This document shows positions 57,452 to 64,000 of a stretch of 64,000 bases of DNA, in pieces. Within the stretch, counting starts at the first letter, position 1. Each line of letters begins with the position of its first letter. Source of the DNA: Terriglobia bacterium (GTDB taxonomy: Bacteria; Acidobacteriota; Polarisedimenticolia; Polarisedimenticolales; JAIQFR01); contig CAVVHE010000004.1 of the NCBI GenBank assembly GCA_963748015.1, positions 1,216,001 to 1,280,000 on the forward strand. The letters are read 5' to 3'. The notes beneath the pieces are model-generated. The model searched no databases. It had not been told where the DNA came from and saw nothing but the letters and a program-made list of their open reading frames with translations. The position numbers and the translations under genes are program-made.

Positions 57452-58447
57452 TCACACGTTGTATTGCCAGGTCTTGTAGCGGCCCAGATTCGCTCGAACG
57501 TACTCCACCGTCCGGCCGAGACCGTCGTCGAGGCCGACCACGGGGCGCCAGCCGGCCAACTCGGCGGCCAGCCGGTTGTCGCAGAGGAGCTCGAGCACTT
57601 CCGAGTCCCTCGGCCGCACGCGCTCGTCCTGCTGCACGATCCGGTGCGTCCGGTCGAGGCCCATGACCCGGAGGGTCCGGTCCGCGAGCTCGCCGATCGT
57701 GATGCCCTTCCCGTTCCCCGAGTTCACCACGTGTCCCACCGCGGCATCGCACTCCGCGATCGCGCAGAACGCCCGAACGGTGTCCTCCACGAACGTGAGG
57801 TCGCGAATCGGATGGAGCGAGCCGAGCCGGATCTCGTTTCCCGCGAGGGCCTGGCTGACGATCGTCGGGATGACCGCGCGCGCGGACTGCCTGGGCCCGT
57901 AGGTGTTGAACGGCCGGAGCGTCGAAACCGGAACGCCGAACGAGCGGTGGTACGACTCGGCCAGCTTGTCGGCGGCGATCTTCGACGCCGAGTACGGGGA
58001 TTGCCCCTGGAGCGGGTGCTTCTCGTCGATCGGGGTGTACAGCGCGGAGCCGTACGTCTCGGACGTCGAGGTGTGGACCACGCGCGCGACACCGTGCCGG
58101 CGGCATGCCTCGAGAACGTTGAGCGTGCCGGTGATGTTGGTGGCGACGTAGGAATGGGGCGCGCGGTAGGAATACGGGATGCCGATCAGGGCGGCCAGGT
58201 GGAAGACCGCCTCCCGCCCCTCGACGGCGCGCGCCACGCTCTCGGGATCGGAAACGTCTCCCGGCACGACCTCGAGGCGCTCGCCGCGCGAGGACGCGTG
58301 GGCCTCGAGGTGTCCCCAGCTCCCCTGCGAGTTGTAGCGAACGAGGGCTCGAACGTCGCACCCCAGTCCGAGCAGCGCCTCGACGAGGTGGGAGCCGATG
58401 AAGCCCCCCGCGCCCGTCACGAGGACCTTCTTCCCTGCCAGCTTCAT
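57452..58447 (-). CDS. NAD-dependent NDP-sugar 4,6-dehydratase (LegB-like)
   Basis: TGAGGFIGSH, HLAALIGIPYSY, TSTSE.YG, QSPYSASK, RPFNTYGPRQSARA. Confidence 0.92.
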   Translation of the reverse strand: MKLAGKKVLVTGAGGFIGSHLVEALLGLGCDVRALVRYNSQGSWGHLEAHASSRGERLEVVPGDVSDPESVARAVEGREAVFHLAALIGIPYSYRAPHSYVATNITGTLNVLEACRRHGVARVVHTSTSETYGSALYTPIDEKHPLQGQSPYSASKIAADKLAESYHRSFGVPVSTLRPFNTYGPRQSARAVIPTIVSQALAGNEIRLGSLHPIRDLTFVEDTVRAFCAIAECDAAVGHVVNSGNGKGITIGELADRTLRVMGLDRTHRIVQQDERVRPRDSEVLELLCDNRLAAELAGWRPVVGLDDGLGRTVEYVRANLGRYKTWQYNV

Positions 58448-58480
58448 GCCGCTCCGCCGTTCTCCGGGGCTGCGCCCCGG

Positions 58481-59623
58481 TCAACCAAGCGACGCGACGA
58501 GGCCCGCCGAGACCTCGTCCACGTCGCGGACCGACATCAGGGGATGGAGCGGGAGCGTGACGATGCGATCCGCGATCCGCTCGGTCTCCGGGACCTCGGC
58601 CCGGAACTTGCCGAGGTAGCTGGAGAAGCGATGGACCGGCGGGTAGTGGATGCTGGTCTGGATCCCCCGCTCCTTCATCCGGCCCTGCACCTGGTCCCGG
58701 TCCGCCCCCTCGGGGAGCAACACGACGAAGAGGTGGCACGCCGAATCGTCGTCCTCCCCGCCGAAGGGAAGGGTGAGGCCCGGGGCCCCGGCGAGCCGTT
58801 CCCGGTAGGCCTTGCTCAGGACGCGCCGCGTGGCGTTGTTCCTGTCGAGCTTGCCAAGCTGGACGATTCCGAGCGCGGCCTGGATCTCGGTCATCCGGTA
58901 GTTGTAGCCGACGCTCACCACGTCGTAGCTGAAGGCGTGCCCCCGGTGCTTGTCGTAGCTGAGCGCGGTCATCCCGTGGGAGCGGTTCAGGCGGACGAAC
59001 GAGCCGATCGCGTCGTCGTCCGTCGTGACCATCCCCCCCTCGCCGGTCACGAGGTTCTTGTTGGCGAAGAAGCTGAAGCAGGTGACGTCGCCCAGCGTCC
59101 CGACGGGCTTCCCCCGGCGGGTCGAACCCGGTGCGTGCGCCGCGTCGTCCACGATCCGCGGCCCGCCTGGGGCGGCCAGCGCGCGAAAGGCGTCCATGTC
59201 GCACGGGTAGCCGCCGTAGTGCATCGGCACCAGCGCCTTCGTGCGAGGGGTCATCTTGCGTGCCGCGTCCGAGGCGTCCATGCGAAGGTCGTGGGGCCCC
59301 ACGATGTCGGCGAAGACGGGGACCGCGCCGCAGTAGAGCACCGCGTTGACCGTCGCGACGAAGGTCAGGGACGGGACGACGACCTCGTCCCCCGGCCGGA
59401 CCCCCGCGGCGAGGAGCGCGAGATGGAGAGCCGTCGTGCAATTCGACAGCGCGATGGCGTGCTTCGCGCCGACCTTCTCGGCGAAGCGCTTCTCGAACTC
59501 CGCCGTCCGCGGGCCGGTGCTGAGCCACTTGCCGCGGACGACCTCCAGCACCGCCTGCTCCTCCTCGGCGCCGAAGTCGATGTCGCTGAGACAGATCTTC
59601 CAGGGGCTGGGGTCAACGCCCAT
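58481..59623 (-). CDS. DegT/DnrJ/EryC1/StrS sugar aminotransferase
   Basis: NCTTALHLA, TFVAT, DDAAHA, SFFANKNLVTGEGG (PLP Lys), GYNYR, IHY. Confidence 0.95.
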   Translation of the reverse strand: MGVDPSPWKICLSDIDFGAEEEQAVLEVVRGKWLSTGPRTAEFEKRFAEKVGAKHAIALSNCTTALHLALLAAGVRPGDEVVVPSLTFVATVNAVLYCGAVPVFADIVGPHDLRMDASDAARKMTPRTKALVPMHYGGYPCDMDAFRALAAPGGPRIVDDAAHAPGSTRRGKPVGTLGDVTCFSFFANKNLVTGEGGMVTTDDDAIGSFVRLNRSHGMTALSYDKHRGHAFSYDVVSVGYNYRMTEIQAALGIVQLGKLDRNNATRRVLSKAYRERLAGAPGLTLPFGGEDDDSACHLFVVLLPEGADRDQVQGRMKERGIQTSIHYPPVHRFSSYLGKFRAEVPETERIADRIVTLPLHPLMSVRDVDEVSAGLVASLG

Positions 59624-59674
59624 CGCTGCCCTCCGTGGCCCGCCTGCTGGAAGCGGCGGGCGGCGGGACACGGG

Positions 59675-61818
59675 TTACAGGGCCACCTTCCGGGACGAAT
59701 CGCTCTTCTCCGGTCGCTCCGCGCGCCGGCCTTCCCGACCCTTCTTGCTCTGCCCGTCCTCGTAGTAGTACCCCGTGTAGTAGTAGTCGCCGTAATACGT
59801 TCGCTCGAGATCCACGTTGTTGAGAATGGCCCCGAAGACGTTGGCGCGGACGTCGCGCAGGCGCTTCAGGCTCCTCCGGATCAGCTCTCGGTCGTTCTCG
59901 TTGTGCTTGATGACCAGCGCCATCATGTCGACGAGCGAGGCCAGCACGACGCTGTCCGCCAGGCTCGCGACCGGCGGGCTGTCGACGAGGACCCAGTCGA
60001 AATCCCGCTTGAGCGTTCCGAGCAGGTTCGCGAACTTGTTGAGCCCGATCAGGTCCACCGGGTTCGGCGGGATCGTCCCGCAGGGAAACACCTTGAGGGT
60101 CGGCACGTCGGTCGCGTGCAGGAATCTCTCGTAGTCCCCCTCGCTCGCGTCGAGAAGGTAGTTCGTGATCCCCGGCTCCCGCGCGGTGCCGTAGCGCTCG
60201 TGCTGGGTCGGGCGCCTGAGGTCGCAGTCCATGACCACGACGCGATCCCCTGCCGAGGCGAGGGCGCGGCCGGTCAGCGTGACCGTGCTCGACTTCCCCT
60301 CTTGCGGGCCGGCGCTGGTGAAGAGGATCACGCGCTTCTGCCGGCTCTGGCTCGAGAACAGGATCGAGGTCCGGAGGCTCTGGAACGCCTCCTTCACCGG
60401 GTTGGAGTCGCGCTCGCGGTACTTGGGGATGATCCCGAGGATCTGCAGGCCGAGGAACTGCTCGATGTCCTCGGGGGACCGGAAGGTGTTGTCGAGATAG
60501 TCGAGGAACAGCACCGTCCCGACCGAGAGGAGCAGCCCGACGAAGAAACCGAAAGCGAGCGTCATGAGTTTCCGCGGCCGGATCGGCGCGCGCGGCACCA
60601 CCGCCTTGTCGAGCACGTACACGTTGTTGTTCATCGAGATGAGCTGCGCTCCCATGGAGAGCCTCTCCATGGTCTCGGCGACGACGTCGTACACCTTTCG
60701 CTTGGACTCGGCCTCGTCCTTTTGGTTCTCGTACGGCGAGCTGGCCTGCTTCAGGTCGTAACCCTGCTGCTCCGCCTCGCGGATCCGCTCCTTGAGGTAG
60801 GTCTCGTTCTTCTTCGCGACCTCGTACTGGACCTGCAGCTTGCCGGCGATCGCTTCGACCTCCGACCGGAGCTTCTGGTTGATCTTCTCCAGCTCCGCGA
60901 GCTTGGCCAGGACCTCGGGGTGCCGCGGCTTCTTGTCCGCGGCCAGGGACTCGAGCTGCCTCTCGAGCTCGACCTTCTGCTGGTTGAGATTCTGGATGAC
61001 CGGATCCTGCGCGACCCGCGGGAGCGCCATGAGGTCCCCCCCTCCTGGCGGATCCGGTCGAGGTTGTCCATTTCCGCGGCGAGGGACGCATTGTCCACGC
61101 GCAGCTTCGCGAGCCCGTCGTTGTACGTCGTCAGGCTCTGCTTCAGGATCTCCTGCTGGTTCTCGGGAACGAAGAGCAGGGCCTCGGCGGCGGTCTTCAT
61201 CCGCTTCGCGTCCGCCTCACCGAGACTGGTGCGGAAGGTGGTGAGCCCCCGCTGGATCTCGTCCATGATGGCGCGGAAGCTCGCGGTGGCCTCGTCCACG
61301 TTGCGCTTGACGTAGGTCTCGGCAACGGCGTTCGCCCACTCCGCCGCTTCCTTGGGGTCCGAGCTCCGGACGGCGAGCGCCACGAGGCGAGTGTTGACCT
61401 TCGGCCGGACCTGGATCTGCGCCGCGAAGGCATCCACGGGGTTCGAGAGGCTCTTGAATCTCGGGTGGTCCTGGAGGCGGAGCTGGCGGAAGACCTTCTC
61501 CGCGACGTCGCGGCTCTTCAACACCTCGAGCTGGGTGTTGAAGTACTTCTCCTCGGCCATCCAGCCCCCTCCCTCGGCGCCGATCCACTGTTCCTGGCCG
61601 GGGAGAATACGCTTGGCCTCGGGCTTGATCTCGACGACGCAGGACGCCTCGTAGATCGGGGTCGCGAGGAAGACTCGAAGCATCGTCAGCGCGACGACGG
61701 TGAGGAAGATGCCCAGCGCCGTGAACCGGCCCTGCCAGAGGACCTTCCAGTAGTCCCTCAGGTGGGCCTCGCTGGGCCCCGGCGGAGGGCTCACCGTGGA
61801 ATGCGCGGTCGTATCCAT
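59675..61818 (-). CDS. wzc: Wzc/GumC co-polymerase tyrosine autokinase, frameshift at the C7 run 61036-61042
   Basis: HLRDYW, PIYEA, coiled coil, EAFQSLRT, GPQEGKS, DCDLRRP, VDSPP, C-terminal YYGDYYYTGYYY. Confidence 0.93.
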
Positions 61819-61853
61819 GCCGTTCCTTCCACCCCTCGGAATCGCAAGAGGGG

Positions 61854-61882
61854 AATATACGTTTGCGCTACCCCTGGCACAA
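61854..61882 (-). promoter_or_regulatory. Putative promoter of wzc
   Basis: TTGTGC-17 nt-TATATT with GGGGTAGCG in the spacer. Confidence 0.5.
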
Positions 61883-61896
61883 GGCGCCGGCCCTCG

Positions 61897-63009
61897 TCAC
61901 AGGATCCTCCGCTTCACCAGGACGACGTCGTTCGCCTCGAGCGGCGGGTCCGGCGTTTCTCGCGACTCGACCTTGTTCAAATTCACGCGGATCTCGTTCG
62001 TCTTGTCGCCGGCCTTTCTCAGGATCCTCACTTCACGCTTGCTCGCCCAATCCGTGAGCCCCTCGGACATCGAGATCGCTTGCAGGAGCGTCAGCCCCTT
62101 CGCGAGAACGAGCCGGCCCTGCCGCCGCACCTCGCCCTGCATGAAAACGTACAGGGGCTCCTGGACCGAGAGCACGTCGCCGTCCTTCGGCACGGGAGCG
62201 TCGGCCGCCTCGAGCTCGGCGCTGAGCAGGTGGATCTTCTCTCCGCTCCCTCCCGTCCGGCTCAGGACGATCTCCTGGCCGGGCACCAGCGCGACACCCG
62301 CCTCGGAGAGGACGTCCTTGAGGGTCATGGCCGGGTGCAGGGAGACGCGCGAGGAGCGGGCGACGGACCCGGTGACGTAGACGAACTGGCTCTGGTAGTT
62401 CTTGACCGTGACGGTGACCTTGGGATCCACGAGATAGTCCTTCTCGAGGATGCGGGTCAGCTCCAGGGTCAGGGTGGCCTCCGTTCGGCCCGCGGCGGGG
62501 ACGGCTCCCACGAGCGGGAGCATCACCGTACCGTCCGGCCCAACGGTGAACTCGCCGGAGAGGTCCTGGTTCTTGTACACGGCGAGCGACAGGACGTCCC
62601 CGACGCCGATGAGGTAGGCAGACCCGGACGCGGGCGCGGGCTGGCCCGCGAGGCCGAGCCGGAGGGTCAGCGTGTCCCCCGCGGCCCGGACGGATTCGAG
62701 GGTGGCGCCGGCCTTCTCGACGCGAACGATCGTCCCCCATTCCTCCTTCACGAGCCTCACCCCTTCGAACGGAGCCGCCTCGAAACTCACGTTCTCGAGC
62801 CGGATCTCGACCCCCCAGGGTTGGGCCGAGGCCTCGAAGCGGGGTGCCGCGCCGCCGAAGCTCAGGACGAGCGTCCCGCTCCCCTGCTGCGGTCCTTCGC
62901 GCCACTCCACCTTGGACAGTCCTACCGGCGAGGCGAGAGCCATCCCCGCGGCCGCGGCCGTGACCGCCAACCACACCGCGAACCGGGCCATTCTCAGCTT
63001 CGCATTCAC
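61897..63009 (-). CDS. wza: Polysaccharide export protein (Wza/Poly_export plus SLBB) with extra N-terminal AMIN-like region
   Basis: YLIGVGDVL, VGPDGTVMLPLVG, YLVDPKVTV, GEVRRQG, LEANDVV; signal peptide. Confidence 0.88.
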   Translation of the reverse strand: MNAKLRMARFAVWLAVTAAAAGMALASPVGLSKVEWREGPQQGSGTLVLSFGGAAPRFEASAQPWGVEIRLENVSFEAAPFEGVRLVKEEWGTIVRVEKAGATLESVRAAGDTLTLRLGLAGQPAPASGSAYLIGVGDVLSLAVYKNQDLSGEFTVGPDGTVMLPLVGAVPAAGRTEATLTLELTRILEKDYLVDPKVTVTVKNYQSQFVYVTGSVARSSRVSLHPAMTLKDVLSEAGVALVPGQEIVLSRTGGSGEKIHLLSAELEAADAPVPKDGDVLSVQEPLYVFMQGEVRRQGRLVLAKGLTLLQAISMSEGLTDWASKREVRILRKAGDKTNEIRVNLNKVESRETPDPPLEANDVVLVKRRIL

Positions 63010-63031
63010 GAAAGTCGTCCCCCGTCTCCCG

Positions 63032-64000
63032 TCAGCTCCCGATACGCAGGAGGGCTCCGTAGCGAGTGACGCGATAGTCAAAACCCGGCTCCGTCGAGTC
63101 GCGGCGGCCCTTGGACAGGTACACGCGGCACTCCATCCAGCCGTGGTACCTGTAGCCCGCCCAGATCTCCGCGTTGCCGACCCGGTCCGTGCGGGTCGAG
63201 GTGTCGCTCGGAAAATCGTTGACGTAGTAGTAGGCGGTAACCCCGAGCGAAAGCGTCGCGAGGTTTCCGGTGGACGCTTCCACGTGGTACTGCGTGCTCA
63301 GGTAGTAGGGTTCCACGTCTTCGGCGTCGACGAGCAGCGGGTACACCACGCGAGCGAAACCGAATTCGACCGTCTCGCCCGTGGGGCGCGTCCATCGGAC
63401 GTTGGCGTTTCCCACGACGCCCCGGAACGCGCCGCTGGCGTCGCCGGTGAAGCGGGTCCGTGACCAGCCCGCGAGCGCGTTCAATACGGTCGCCGGGCTG
63501 AGGAGAAACCGGGTGCCCACGCGCAGATTGTCGTCGTCCTCGTAGATGCTCGCCCCCTCTCTGTATTCGGGCGGCCACGTGAGGTGCGTCCTGGCGAAGT
63601 TGCCCTCCCAGAGCATCCACGTCCTCATCCCGAGCCGGTGCTCGCCGGAAAGCTTGCCGTGGTACTCCTCGGCGTCGTAGATCCCGGAGAGCCGGTCGCC
63701 GAGCACGTTGCGAACGTCCCGGCCGAAGGACAGGGCGATCCTCTTCGTCGAGGTCCGCTCGAGGGCCAGCTCCGCTTCGGTCGCGTTCAGCTCGTAGCGC
63801 TCCCCACGGAAGATCAGGTTCCCGCCGGGGTCGACCCCGAGGGTGTCGAGCATCCCGCGCTGGTAGTCTTCCTTCAGGCTCAGCTCGAATCCGCTGCCGA
63901 ACTTCAGCCGCGCGTTGCCCACGAAATAGTGCGAGTCGTTCGTCTCGATCCCGACGGTGTGGTAGTCGCGACGGGAGCCGACGTATCCCAGTCGGACGCT
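63032..64000 (-). CDS. Outer-membrane beta-barrel of the polysaccharide locus (BBP2/EpsL-like), 5' end outside the window
   Basis: Amphipathic beta-strands; C-terminal RDST..GFDYRVTRYG; adjacent to wza. Confidence 0.75.
   Translation of the reverse strand, partial: SVRLGYVGSRRDYHTVGIETNDSHYFVGNARLKFGSGFELSLKEDYQRGMLDTLGVDPGGNLIFRGERYELNATEAELALERTSTKRIALSFGRDVRNVLGDRLSGIYDAEEYHGKLSGEHRLGMRTWMLWEGNFARTHLTWPPEYREGASIYEDDDNLRVGTRFLLSPATVLNALAGWSRTRFTGDASGAFRGVVGNANVRWTRPTGETVEFGFARVVYPLLVDAEDVEPYYLSTQYHVEASTGNLATLSLGVTAYYYVNDFPSDTSTRTDRVGNAEIWAGYRYHGWMECRVYLSKGRRDSTEPGFDYRVTRYGALLRIGS

Noticed and set aside
436..61315. Many long alternative-frame or antisense ORFs (e.g. 436-2760, 14701-17559, 19595-22576, 30787-35073, 57464-61315)
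   Set aside because: Arg/Pro/Gly-rich shadow ORFs expected in very GC-rich DNA; each overlaps a gene with clear family motifs.

Overview
Very GC-rich bacterial chromosomal DNA from a diderm (lpxB, Wza/Wzc). Gene content and order (yicC-gmk-rpoZ-coaBC-udg-priA) resemble Acidobacteriota or delta-proteobacteria; this is inference only. Left to right: lgt-rluD-DUF2520-hypothetical-GH84-like gene run; an MFSD1-like MFS transporter and OsmC; tRNA-Glu and tRNA-Lys bracketing an antisense GT-C/TPR/GT-C cassette; an accessory stretch with a membrane protein, glycerate kinase, a collapsed LTA-synthase relic, a ~1030-aa Cys-rich secreted protein and an intact LTA-synthase-family gene; a MacAB-type ABC module; purA; a Zn-finger response regulator; tRNA-Ala and tRNA-Val; a PP-loop tRNA-thiolase-like gene; a degenerate GGDEF protein; a giant NtrY-like kinase; YkgJ; oppBC; a strongly palindromic 173-nt intergenic element; trpF; the priA-yicC housekeeping operon; lpxB; and a Wzx/Wzc/Wza polysaccharide locus with amino-sugar, formyltransferase, heparinase, GNAT, CapK-like and DUF362 genes. 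At least five genes, including priA, carry small indels, mostly in homopolymers and probably sequencing or assembly errors. No CRISPR array, rRNA, transposase or integrase was seen. All family calls come from motif recognition by eye, not database searches.
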